NCBI GenBank assembly: GCA_025456345.1 | Contig: JALOKU010000026.1 | Coordinates: forward strand, 3,075 to 67,074 | Source: Vicinamibacterales bacterium | GTDB taxonomy: Bacteria > Acidobacteriota > Vicinamibacteria > Vicinamibacterales > JAKQTR01 | Direction: 5' to 3' | Length of the DNA: 64,000 nt | Shown: piece by piece, positions 44,167-52,870 of the stretch | Position numbering within the stretch: the stretch's first letter is position 1 | How the letters are laid out: each line of letters begins with the position of its first letter | Notes under the pieces: generated by a model | The model's input: only the letters and a program-made list of their open reading frames with translations | Database searches by the model: none | Told to the model about the DNA's origin: nothing | Translations under genes and position numbers: made by a program

Positions 44167-45309
44167 CTACCAGCCGTCGCGCAGGCCGCCGTCGAACCAG
44201 TCCCAGAGGATGTAGAACGCGAACTGCGTGCTTCGCGTGCCGGGCTTGTCGAGGGGGATGCGGACGCCGAAGTTCGCCATGATGTGCTGGCGCGTGTTCA
44301 GCGTCACCTGGAACTGCGGCACCAGGTCGTAGTGCGCCTCCTCGCCGTCCTTGAACTGCTCGAACCCCAGCAACTCGATCATCGGCGTCCAGGTGCGGCC
44401 CCAGCGGCTCTGCGCAAAGCTCTTGCCGGCGGCGACGCGCCAGAACGCCCTCCGGGCCGCACGCTCGGTGTCGCTCGGCAGCACACCGCCCACCTGTGCC
44501 TGGATGAACGAGTCCCCTCGGAGCGCCTGCCCGAACGATACGAACGGCTCGAAGGCCATGACGCCCTGGGCGAATCCGCCCTCCACATCGCCGACTGGCA
44601 GGATCACCTCCCCGGAGGCGGCAAGGATCGAGCCGCTTCGGAGGCTGTGAAACAGGACCTGCTTCCATCCCAGGATCACGTCGCCCAGTCCCGTGCTCCA
44701 GTCGCCACCCTCCGGTTTCTTGAAGCCGAGCGGCACGACAAGTTCGAACTGGCCTTTCGAGAAAAAGCGCTTTTCGTAGATGATCTTGCTGGCGATGGCC
44801 GGATCGCCTTCCACGGCGATCGATGCTGTGACCACCACCTCGTCTTCGACGAACGCCTTCTCGGTGAACAGTGTCCGGGGCAGGTTCAGATTGCCGCCCG
44901 GCCACGCCTTGCGGTTCCCGCAGAACGTGCGGACATGCGCGAGCGCCAGCGCCAGTTCCTCCTCGGTGAGGGCCTCCCCGAAAGCCGGCATGAGCGGGTC
45001 GAACCCCCTCGCCGGTCCTCCCTGGTGGATGATCGCCAGCCAGTCGCCATCGGGCTCCCGGGTGGCGAAATTGCAGTCCGAGAAGTCCGGCACCTCCAGC
45101 GGAAGGGCCGTGATGCTCTGCGGGATGCCGCGCCCATCGGGACCGTGGCAGCTCTGGCAGGCCGAGCGGTACACAGCGGCCGGCGTGCGGTCGTGCGACG
45201 CCACGGGCGCCTGCGTGGCGGCGGCTGACATGGCCGGCCAGAAGAGGCCGGCAGCGAGCGCAAGGCAGGGCGCGGACAACATCCGACGGTGCTGGGAGAT
45301 CCAGCTCAT
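44167..45309 (-). CDS. Monoheme cytochrome c domain fused to a putative outer-membrane beta-barrel
   Basis: ATG at 45309. Signal peptide. CQSCH with distal LMPAFG. C-terminal about 260 aa has alternating beta-strand pattern, GLGDVILGWK, and terminal aromatic residues ...GGLRDGW. Confidence 0.75.
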   Translation of the reverse strand: MSWISQHRRMLSAPCLALAAGLFWPAMSAAATQAPVASHDRTPAAVYRSACQSCHGPDGRGIPQSITALPLEVPDFSDCNFATREPDGDWLAIIHQGGPARGFDPLMPAFGEALTEEELALALAHVRTFCGNRKAWPGGNLNLPRTLFTEKAFVEDEVVVTASIAVEGDPAIASKIIYEKRFFSKGQFELVVPLGFKKPEGGDWSTGLGDVILGWKQVLFHSLRSGSILAASGEVILPVGDVEGGFAQGVMAFEPFVSFGQALRGDSFIQAQVGGVLPSDTERAARRAFWRVAAGKSFAQSRWGRTWTPMIELLGFEQFKDGEEAHYDLVPQFQVTLNTRQHIMANFGVRIPLDKPGTRSTQFAFYILWDWFDGGLRDGW

Positions 45310-45384
45310 GGGCAGGGCTCCTCGGGGGCATCCGAGGCTACGGGTGCGGGCCGCAGTTGGAGGCAGGATACCAGAAAAATGCAC

Positions 45385-45420
45385 TTGACGAACTCTTTGA
45401 CTGTATATATCGTATATAAA
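45385..45420. promoter_or_regulatory. AT-rich divergent control region with TTGACG / TTGACT and direct repeat GTATATA-N2-GTATATA
   Basis: TTGACG at 45385-45390, TTGACT at 45397-45402, GTATATA at 45403-45409 and 45412-45418. It is the only markedly AT-rich stretch for several kb and lies between the cytochrome/czc operon and the GntR gene. Confidence 0.4.
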
Positions 45421-45433
45421 CAGTAGAGATGGA

Positions 45434-45817
45434 ATGCACATGCGAATCCTGATTGCCAACTCATCGCCCGACCCGATTTACGAGCAGATCGTGAGGCAGA
45501 TCAAGACCCAGATCATCGCCGGCGACCTCCGCGAGGGGGAGCCGCTGCCCTCGATCCGCAAGCTCGCCCAGGACCTGCAGATCAGCGTGATCACGAGCAA
45601 GCGGGCCTACGACGAGCTCGAGGCGGAGGGGTTCATCGACACGGTGGGGGGCAAAGGCACGTTCGTGGCCGCCCAGAACGCCGAGTTCCTCCGCGAGAAA
45701 CGCATGAAGGTCGTCGAGGAGAAGCTGGCGGAGGCGGTGTCGGAGGCCCAGCTGATGGGCCTTGGCTATGGGCAGCTGAGCGAGATGCTCCGGCTGCTGT
45801 GCGAGGAGGCATCATGA
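45434..45817 (+). CDS. GntR family transcriptional regulator, YtrA subfamily (short, 127 aa)
   Basis: PIYEQIVRQIKTQIIAGDLREGEPLPSIRKLAQDLQISVITSKRAYDELE winged helix with a short C-terminal helix pair. Confidence 0.88.
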   Translation: MHMRILIANSSPDPIYEQIVRQIKTQIIAGDLREGEPLPSIRKLAQDLQISVITSKRAYDELEAEGFIDTVGGKGTFVAAQNAEFLREKRMKVVEEKLAEAVSEAQLMGLGYGQLSEMLRLLCEEAS

Positions 45818-46689
45818 CGCCCGACCACGCGCTCGAACTGAGCGGCGTACGAAAGTCCTACCCGGGATTCACGCTCAAAGACGTGTCGTTCGCGCTGCCG
45901 CGCGGCGTCATCGGCGGCCTCATCGGCCCCAACGGGTCGGGCAAGACGACGATTATCAAGCTCATCATGAACCTCGTCCGCCGCGAGGCCGGGGAGATCC
46001 GCGTGTTCGGCCTGGACAACCGTACGAACGAGATCGCGGTGAAGTCGCGCATCGGCTTCGTCTATGACGTGCCCGGCTTCTGGGACGACCAGAGCCTCGA
46101 TTCCCAGCGCCGGGCCCTCGGGGCGTTCTACCCGCGCTGGAGCGACGACACGTTCCGCCGCCTGGCCGGCGAGTTCGGCCTGCCGCTCGACAAGAAGTAC
46201 AAGGCGCTGTCGCATGGCGCCAGGACGAAGTTCGCCCTCGCGATGGCGCTGTCGCACGAAGCCGACCTGTTGATCATGGACGAGCCCACGGCGGGGCTCG
46301 ACCCGATCTTCCGGCGGGAACTCCTCAAGCGCCTGTCGGCGCTGCTGCAGGAGGAAGGCAAGTCCATCCTGTTCTCGACGCACATCACGAGCGACCTCGA
46401 GCGCGTGGCGGATGTCATCACGTTCATCCGCGCCGGCGAAATCGCCTTCTCGCTGACGCGCGACGAATTGCTCGACGGCTGGGCGATTGTCCGGGGCGAT
46501 GACCGGGTCGTTCGCGAACTGGATCCGCGCGTGGTGAAGGGCGTAAGACGCCGCGCCCTCGGCGTGGACGCCCTCGTGTCGGACGGCGCCGCGGTCCGGC
46601 GTGCGCTGGGTGCGGGTGCGGTGGTGGACAAGGTGACCCTCGACGATGTGATGGTGCTGATGGCCGGGGAGGCTCGTCATGCTGCGTAA
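45814..46689 (+). CDS. ABC transporter ATP-binding protein
   Basis: ATGA overlap with the GntR gene. Walker A GPNGSGKTT, signature LSHGARTK, Walker B LLIMDEPTAGLD. Confidence 0.9.
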   Translation: MTPDHALELSGVRKSYPGFTLKDVSFALPRGVIGGLIGPNGSGKTTIIKLIMNLVRREAGEIRVFGLDNRTNEIAVKSRIGFVYDVPGFWDDQSLDSQRRALGAFYPRWSDDTFRRLAGEFGLPLDKKYKALSHGARTKFALAMALSHEADLLIMDEPTAGLDPIFRRELLKRLSALLQEEGKSILFSTHITSDLERVADVITFIRAGEIAFSLTRDELLDGWAIVRGDDRVVRELDPRVVKGVRRRALGVDALVSDGAAVRRALGAGAVVDKVTLDDVMVLMAGEARHAA

Positions 46690-47350
46690 CGCCCTTCGCA
46701 AGGACCTGTTGTTGAACGCGCGGCACCTCTGGGGCATCCTGCCGTGGTTCCTCTGGGTTGCCTACGCCATGAGCGAGCCGGACGCGGGGCGGATCACCGC
46801 CGTCGGCGCCGCGTTCATCGGGGCGCTGATGGCCACGACGATGGCGGCCCGCGAAGACAAGCTGCGCACCTCCGCCACGCTGGCCAGCCTTCCCGTGAGC
46901 AGGCGCACCCTCGTCGAGGCGCGCTACCTCGTGGCCTGCATCGTCGGCGCCGCCACCTACCTCATCGTGGTCGTGATGGCCGCGGCGCTGCCGTGGTCGG
47001 TGCAGCGCGCGGCCGAACTGGTGGAACCGAGAACGCTGCTGCTCACGCTGACGCTCGCGAGCACGGCTATCGCGCTGCTGATGCCGGTCGTCATCCGCTA
47101 CGGGCTGCTGGGCGTGATGGTGTTCCTCGGCGCGTTCCAGGTGCTCGGCGTCGCCGTGATGGTGGCGTTCGAGTTCTTCGGCCTGCGGTCGGCCGTCGGC
47201 ATCTTCCGCGTCGTCGAGCGCAGTATCGCGGCGCTCCATCAGGGGTTGAACCAGCCGGTGGTGATCGTCGAGACGGCGGCCGTCGTGGCGCTGGCGACCT
47301 GGCTGTCGTTCCGCCTGTCGGTGTTTCTCGCCGAGCGGCGGGACCTGTAG
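46679..47350 (+). CDS. ABC-2 type transporter permease
   Basis: 6 TM. SLPVSRRTLVEARYL motif is shared with the paralog at 48340. Overlaps the ATPase gene by 11 nt. Confidence 0.7.
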   Translation: MLRNALRKDLLLNARHLWGILPWFLWVAYAMSEPDAGRITAVGAAFIGALMATTMAAREDKLRTSATLASLPVSRRTLVEARYLVACIVGAATYLIVVVMAAALPWSVQRAAELVEPRTLLLTLTLASTAIALLMPVVIRYGLLGVMVFLGAFQVLGVAVMVAFEFFGLRSAVGIFRVVERSIAALHQGLNQPVVIVETAAVVALATWLSFRLSVFLAERRDL

Positions 47351-47485
47351 CCCGGACTGACCATGATGCCTGCAACAGTCCGCCCTTCGCGCTTCGGCCA
47401 AGCTCAGCACGCCCCGAGCGCACGCCGAGGGGCGGGCTTCGACTCCGGCGGTGACAATGGCCTTCGCTCAGGGCAGGGAGGAGCC

Positions 47486-48346
47486 GTGGATCCGATTCTC
47501 GAACTGCGCGGCGTGACCAAGCACTACCCGGGGTTCTCGCTGCGCGACGTGTCGTTCTCACTCCCGCGCGGATACGTCTGCGGGCTCATCGGGCCGAACG
47601 GCGCGGGGAAGACGACCATCGTCAAGATGATCCTCGGCCTGGTCCGTCCCGAGAAAGGGGAACTGCGGGTGTGCGGCGACGATCCCGTCACGGCGGAGCG
47701 CGTCGTGAAAGACCGGATCGGGTTCGTGCACGAGGTGCCGGCGTACTACGAGCACCTCCGCGTGGGGGCGATCGCCTCCATCGTGCGGCCGTTCTACAGT
47801 CGATGGGACCAGCCGCTGTTCGAGGCGCTGGTGCGTGAGTTCGAGGTGCCGACGGGCACGTGGTTCGGTTCCCTGTCGCGCGGCACGCGGACGAAAGCGG
47901 CACTGGCGCTGGCGCTCGCGCACCATGCGGAGCTGCTGGTGCTCGACGAGCCGACGGCGGGCCTCGACCCGGTGTTCCGCCGCTCGCTCCTGGAACGCCT
48001 CGCCGCCTACGTCGGGGACGGGCGCGCGTCGGTGCTGTTCTCGACGCACATCACGGGCGACATCGAACGCATGGCCGACTACATCACCTTCATCCGCGAC
48101 GGCCGCCTCGTGTTCTCGTCGACGCGCGAAGAGGTGTTCGATCGGTGGTTCGTCGTGAAGGGAGACCCACGGACGCTGGATGAGCCGGTCCGGCGGGCGC
48201 TGGCGGGCGTCGAGGTCGGCCTGCACGCGTTCACGGGATTGACCAGCGATCCGGCCGCGCTGAGGCAGCTGCTGGCGGGCCGCGAAGCCGTCATCGAGGC
48301 GGCGACGCTGGAAGACATCATGTACTACACGGGGCGGCCATGCTGA
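47486..48346 (+). CDS. ABC transporter ATP-binding protein (paralog)
   Basis: GTG at 47486 follows GGGAGGAG. Walker A GPNGAGKTT, signature LSRGTRTK, Walker B LLVLDEPTAGLD. Confidence 0.88.
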   Translation: MDPILELRGVTKHYPGFSLRDVSFSLPRGYVCGLIGPNGAGKTTIVKMILGLVRPEKGELRVCGDDPVTAERVVKDRIGFVHEVPAYYEHLRVGAIASIVRPFYSRWDQPLFEALVREFEVPTGTWFGSLSRGTRTKAALALALAHHAELLVLDEPTAGLDPVFRRSLLERLAAYVGDGRASVLFSTHITGDIERMADYITFIRDGRLVFSSTREEVFDRWFVVKGDPRTLDEPVRRALAGVEVGLHAFTGLTSDPAALRQLLAGREAVIEAATLEDIMYYTGRPC

Positions 48347-49044
48347 ATCTGTTCCTCAAAGACGTGAAGGCCGGCGCGATCTTCCTTTGGGCGGTCGTCC
48401 CGCTCAACATGGTCGCCGCGCTCCAGGTGTCGAGATCCGGCGCAGGGTTCTTCTGGGCGAACGTCACCTGCGCCGCGCTGATCCTGGTGGCGGTGTCCAT
48501 GCTCGAATGGAAGAACGAGGCGGAGCCCTTCGTCCACAGCCTGCCCGTGACGCGCGCGATGGTTGTCCGCGCTCGCTACGTGACGGCCGCCGCCATCGGC
48601 GGGCTGTCGCTGCTCGTGGCGGCAACCGTGGGCGCGGCCCGGGGCCTCGGCCTCGCGGCGCAAGGGGCGCCTTGGCCGCGGTGGGTGTCCGGCGACATGG
48701 CGCTGGCGTTCCTGCTGGCGTTCGCCGTGATCGCCGCGGTCTATCTCCCGTGCTACTTCCGCTGGGGATTCGGCAAGGGCAACGTGGCGGCCGCCCTGCT
48801 GCTGGCGTCCGGCATCATCGTCAGCGGCATCATCGGGCCGGCAGCCACCGGATTCCCCGCCTTCCCGGTCGACGGCGCGGCGTATGGCGGGGTGCCGCCG
48901 GGCCGGATTCCACAGGGCGTTGCGATGCTCGTCGGACGTGTCGGGCTGGCCGCCGGCGCCGTCATGGTGCTGGCCCTGGCGGCAGGACTCCTGGTGGTCT
49001 CGGCGCAGGTGGCCGTTCGGGCTTGCGAACGGCAGGAATTCTAG
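48340..49044 (+). CDS. ABC-2 type transporter permease (paralog)
   Basis: 6 TM. SLPVTRAMVVRARYV. 7-nt overlap with the ATPase gene. Confidence 0.7.
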   Translation: MLNLFLKDVKAGAIFLWAVVPLNMVAALQVSRSGAGFFWANVTCAALILVAVSMLEWKNEAEPFVHSLPVTRAMVVRARYVTAAAIGGLSLLVAATVGAARGLGLAAQGAPWPRWVSGDMALAFLLAFAVIAAVYLPCYFRWGFGKGNVAAALLLASGIIVSGIIGPAATGFPAFPVDGAAYGGVPPGRIPQGVAMLVGRVGLAAGAVMVLALAAGLLVVSAQVAVRACERQEF

Positions 49045-49094
49045 GGAACGTGGGAGGCGGTTGCCCGCGCCGTGCGGGCAACCGATCGGGCAAC

Positions 49095-49298
49095 ATGACT
49101 TTCTCAGGGGCGGGATCCAGGCTGGCCGGCGCGATGGCCCTGGTCTCCACGGCTCTCGCCGGCGCGACGATTTGGCTGATTCTGACCGACCCGGGCGCCA
49201 TGACCAGCGCGCTCGCCGAAGGGTCGGCTGAACGGTTCCTTCGCAGCTTGCTCGAGGTCATCGGATCGGCGATTGGCCGCCTGCTGCGATGGATGTGA
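49095..49298 (+). CDS. Possible small membrane protein (67 aa)
   Basis: ATG at 49095. One hydrophobic helix AMALVSTALAGATIWLIL. Weak support because there is no clear RBS. Confidence 0.3.
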   Translation: MTFSGAGSRLAGAMALVSTALAGATIWLILTDPGAMTSALAEGSAERFLRSLLEVIGSAIGRLLRWM

Positions 49299-49366
49299 GG
49301 GCGCGACATCGCGCTTGACGCCGCGATACAGTGGATGCGAAACGTTCAGGTGAGAGGACCAAGACC

Positions 49367-50134
49367 ATGACGACGTGGATCGCCAGGATATGCACCGCAG
49401 TGGCGTTGACATTTGCAACCGGCGGCGGTCCGGCGTTCGCGCAGGCGCCCGCCGCAGCGCTGCCGACCGGCGAGGCCGTGCTCGCGAGGTACGTCGATGC
49501 CACGGGCGGTGCGGCGGCCTACGACGCCATCAGGAACCGCGTGGTGCACGCGCGCATGGAGATCCTGGGCGCCGGCGTGGTGCTTGGGCTTACCGTCTAC
49601 AACGCGCCTCCGGCGAACCTCTACACGATTGTCGAGTCCGAGGCGACGGGCCGCATCGAGACCGGCGTGTCGGACGGCGTGGTCTGGGAGAACTCCACGA
49701 TACGCGGGGCCATCCTCAAGGACGGCGTCGAGCGCGACGACGCGCTACGGGACGCGGTCTTCGACCGGATGGCGCATTGGAAGGAGCACCTGAAGAGCGC
49801 CGAGTGCGTCGGGACGGCCGACGTCAACGGCAGGCCGGCGTACCGTGTCGCAGCGACGCCGAAGTCGGGCTCGCCCCAGACGCTCTATTTCGACAAGGAC
49901 ACGGGGCTGCTCGTCCGCAGCGAGACGACGGTGAACTCGGCAGCCGGCGCCATCTCGGTGGTGGCCGAGCCGGGCGACTTCCGCAGGGTGGATGGCATCA
50001 TGCTGCCGTTCACGAGCCGCATGCGGGTGATGGGGCAGGAGCGGGTCGTGACCATCGACAAGGTGGAGCACAACGTGGACCTGCCCGCCGATCGGTTCGC
50101 GGTCCCCACCGCCATCAGAGCCTGGATCAAGTAA
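49367..50134 (+). CDS. Secreted protein, LolA / outer-membrane-lipoprotein-sorting-like (tentative)
   Basis: ATG at 49367 follows GAGAGGA. Signal peptide MTTWIARICTAVALTFATGGGPAFAQA. All-beta-looking sequence. The family call is from memory only. Confidence 0.5.
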   Translation: MTTWIARICTAVALTFATGGGPAFAQAPAAALPTGEAVLARYVDATGGAAAYDAIRNRVVHARMEILGAGVVLGLTVYNAPPANLYTIVESEATGRIETGVSDGVVWENSTIRGAILKDGVERDDALRDAVFDRMAHWKEHLKSAECVGTADVNGRPAYRVAATPKSGSPQTLYFDKDTGLLVRSETTVNSAAGAISVVAEPGDFRRVDGIMLPFTSRMRVMGQERVVTIDKVEHNVDLPADRFAVPTAIRAWIK

Positions 50135-50136
50135 CA

Positions 50137-50263
50137 GGGGTCGGGACTAATTACGCAACGAACTCGTCGCGGATTACATTTCTGTTCATAAGTCATCTCG
50201 TGGAAGCGTCCGTTACGGTTCTGTGATCCTCGGGGGGCACTTTGCATAATGAGTCCCGACCCC
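50137..50263. mobile_element. MITE-like element, copy 2 (127 bp)
   Basis: Left arm GGGGTCGGGACTAATTACG (50137-50155). Right arm reverse complement GGGGTCGGGACTCATTATG (50245-50263). The interior is lower in GC. It fills almost the whole gap between the LolA-like gene and the PRODH gene. Confidence 0.5.
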
Positions 50264-50277
50264 TTAGGATCGGCGGC

Positions 50278-51210
50278 ATGAGCGTGATGCGAAGCGTGCT
50301 GCTCGCGATCTCGGAGAACCGGTGGATGCGCGAGCGCGGCCCGAGGCTGTGGTTCGTCAAGCGGGCCGCGCGGAAGTTCATGCCCGGCGAGGCGTTCGAC
50401 GATATGCTGCGGGCGGCCGACGAGCTCCGGCCGCTGGGCATCGAGGCGGTGTTCACGAGGCTGGGTGAGAACGTCTCCGACGCAGCCGAGGCCTCGGCCG
50501 TGACGCGGCACTATCTGGAGGTGCTCGGCGCCATCGCGTCGAAGGGCATCCGCTGCGAACCGTCGATCAAGCTGACGCAACTCGGCCTGGACCTCGGGAA
50601 GGCGGAGGCGTACGCCAATCTCCGGGCGCTGGCCGAGCGCTCGCACGAGACGGGCAACTACCTCTGGGTCGACATGGAGCAGACGTCGTACGTGGACGTG
50701 ACGCTCGAACTGACCCGGCGCCTGAAGGCCGAGTTCCCCGGCGTCGGCGTGTGCCTGCAGGCCTATCTCTACCGCACGCATGACGACCTGAAGGCCCTCA
50801 TCGACCAGGGCATCGGCGTACGGCTCGTCAAGGGCGCCTACAAGGAGCCGCCGGAACTGGCCTACCCGAAGAAGTCGGATGTCGACGAAAACTTCTTCAA
50901 GCTGGCCGTCGCCATGCTCGACGGGCTCGGGCGGAAGAACGGGTTCCGGCCGGTGTTCGGGACGCACGACGCCAATCTGATCGCCCGCATCCGCGCGCAC
51001 GCCGAGCGGGCTGGCCTCGCGGCCCGCGACGTCGAAGTGCACATGCTCTACGGCATCCAGCGCGCGGAGCAGGGGCGCCTCGTCAAGGAGGGCGCCGTCG
51101 TGCGCGTCCTCATCGCCTATGGGGCCTACTGGTTCGCGTGGTACATGCGCCGCCTTGCCGAGCGGCCGGCCAACGTCTGGTTCGTCGTCCGATCCATGTT
51201 CGCGGGGTAG
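50278..51210 (+). CDS. Proline dehydrogenase (monofunctional PRODH)
   Basis: ATG at 50278. Motifs PGEAFDD, KLTQLGLD, VDMEQTSYVD, RLVKGAY and HMLYGI. Confidence 0.85.
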   Translation: MSVMRSVLLAISENRWMRERGPRLWFVKRAARKFMPGEAFDDMLRAADELRPLGIEAVFTRLGENVSDAAEASAVTRHYLEVLGAIASKGIRCEPSIKLTQLGLDLGKAEAYANLRALAERSHETGNYLWVDMEQTSYVDVTLELTRRLKAEFPGVGVCLQAYLYRTHDDLKALIDQGIGVRLVKGAYKEPPELAYPKKSDVDENFFKLAVAMLDGLGRKNGFRPVFGTHDANLIARIRAHAERAGLAARDVEVHMLYGIQRAEQGRLVKEGAVVRVLIAYGAYWFAWYMRRLAERPANVWFVVRSMFAG

Positions 51211-51299
51211 CGGCGCTACGCGGGCCCGGAGAAGGTCGAGGGCAGGGCGGCGTACACCAACTTCCGGCGGTTCCGCGTAGACACGTCGATGGAGATCAA

Positions 51300-52859
51300 G
51301 TGACCAACCTGTTCATCGGCCTCGACAGCGGCACGCAGAGCACGCGGGCCGTGCTCGTTGACGGCGGCTCGGGGCGGGTGATGGCCGCGCGGTCGGCAGC
51401 CTACGACATCCTCACTTCGGAGGTGCCCGGCACCAAGGAGCAGAACCCGGCCGACTGGGTGCGCGCGGCATCGGAGGTGATCGCCCGCGTGCTGGGCGAC
51501 GCGGGGCCGGATGCCGCCGGGAGGGTTGCGGGCATCGGCATCTCAGGGCAGCAGCACGGACTTGTGGCGCTCGACGCCGGCGGGCAGGTGATCCGGCCGG
51601 CGAAGTTGTGGAGCGACACGTCGACCGCACCGCAGTGCGAGACGCTGATTGGCCGCCTCGGCGGCCTCCCGCGCACCATCGGACTGCTCGGCAACGGCAT
51701 TCCCCCCGGGTTCACCGCGTCGAAGATCCTGTGGCTGAAGGAGCACGAGCCCGGTCACTACGCCCGTCTGGCCACGGTGCTCCTGCCGCACGACTACCTG
51801 GCCTTCTGGCTCACCGGACGCGCGCACATGGAGTGGGGCGACGCGTCCGGCACGGCGCTGATGGACATCCGCACCCGGGCGTGGAGCGAAGAGGCCGTCG
51901 CTGCGATCGATCCGGGCCTGGCGGCGAAGCTGCCGATCCCGGCGCACCCGCGCGAACCGGCGGGAATCGTCCAGCCCGGCGTCGCGCGGCAATTCGGCCT
52001 GCGGGGCGACGTCGTCGTGTCGGGCAGCGGCGACAACATGATGGGCGCCATCGGCACCGGCAACGTCGCGGACGGCATTGTCACGGCCAGCCTCGGGACC
52101 TCCGGCACGATTTACGCCTGCTCCAGCTGGCCCATCGTGGACCCGGAAGGAGAAGTGGCGGCATTCTGCGACGCCACCGGTCAGTGGCTCCCGCTGGTCT
52201 GCACGATGAACGTGACGGTGGCCACCGAGATGGTGCGGAAGATGTTCGGCCTCGATCACGCCGCGCTCTCCGAGGCCGCCGCGTCGGTCGACACGGGAGC
52301 CGAAGGCCTGCTGCTGATTCCGTTCTTCGAAGGCGAGCGGACGCCGAATGTGCCCGACGGCACCGGGGTGTGGATCGGCATCCGCCCGCGCACCTCGACC
52401 GCAGCCCACATGGCTCGCGCGGCGATGGAGGGCACAACGCTCGGCCTGAACTACGGCCTCAACCGGCTGCGCGCGCTCGGCCTCGCGCCGAAGGAAATCC
52501 GCCTGACGGGAGGCGGGTCGCGCAGCGCGGTGTGGCGCCAGATCGCGGCCGACGTCTTCGATTGCCCGGTGGTCTGCCCGGCGAGCGAGGAGGGCGCCGC
52601 CTACGGGGCCGCGCTGCATGCGCTCTGGGTGCAGGGCCACGCCACCGGCGCCGGGCGGCCGATCGTCGAGATCACGCGCGACTTCGTCGCGATGGACGAC
52701 GCGACCAGGGCCGTGCCCGACCCCGAGAAGGCGTTGCGCTATCGCGGCTTGCAGGAGATCTTCGACCTCGCCGCCCGCGACCTCGCCCGCACCTTCGCGA
52801 GCCACCGGCGGTTCATCGAGCAGGCGCCTGCGGGGACAGGTCGGGGCACTGGGGATTAG
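51300..52859 (+). CDS. xylB: Xylulokinase (FGGY family)
   Basis: GTG at 51300. Motifs LFIGLDSGTQSTRAVL, GISGQQHGLV, GSGDNMMGAIGTG and GGGSRSAVWRQI. Confidence 0.85.
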   Translation: MTNLFIGLDSGTQSTRAVLVDGGSGRVMAARSAAYDILTSEVPGTKEQNPADWVRAASEVIARVLGDAGPDAAGRVAGIGISGQQHGLVALDAGGQVIRPAKLWSDTSTAPQCETLIGRLGGLPRTIGLLGNGIPPGFTASKILWLKEHEPGHYARLATVLLPHDYLAFWLTGRAHMEWGDASGTALMDIRTRAWSEEAVAAIDPGLAAKLPIPAHPREPAGIVQPGVARQFGLRGDVVVSGSGDNMMGAIGTGNVADGIVTASLGTSGTIYACSSWPIVDPEGEVAAFCDATGQWLPLVCTMNVTVATEMVRKMFGLDHAALSEAAASVDTGAEGLLLIPFFEGERTPNVPDGTGVWIGIRPRTSTAAHMARAAMEGTTLGLNYGLNRLRALGLAPKEIRLTGGGSRSAVWRQIAADVFDCPVVCPASEEGAAYGAALHALWVQGHATGAGRPIVEITRDFVAMDDATRAVPDPEKALRYRGLQEIFDLAARDLARTFASHRRFIEQAPAGTGRGTGD

Positions 52860-52870
52860 GCCTGGACCTG

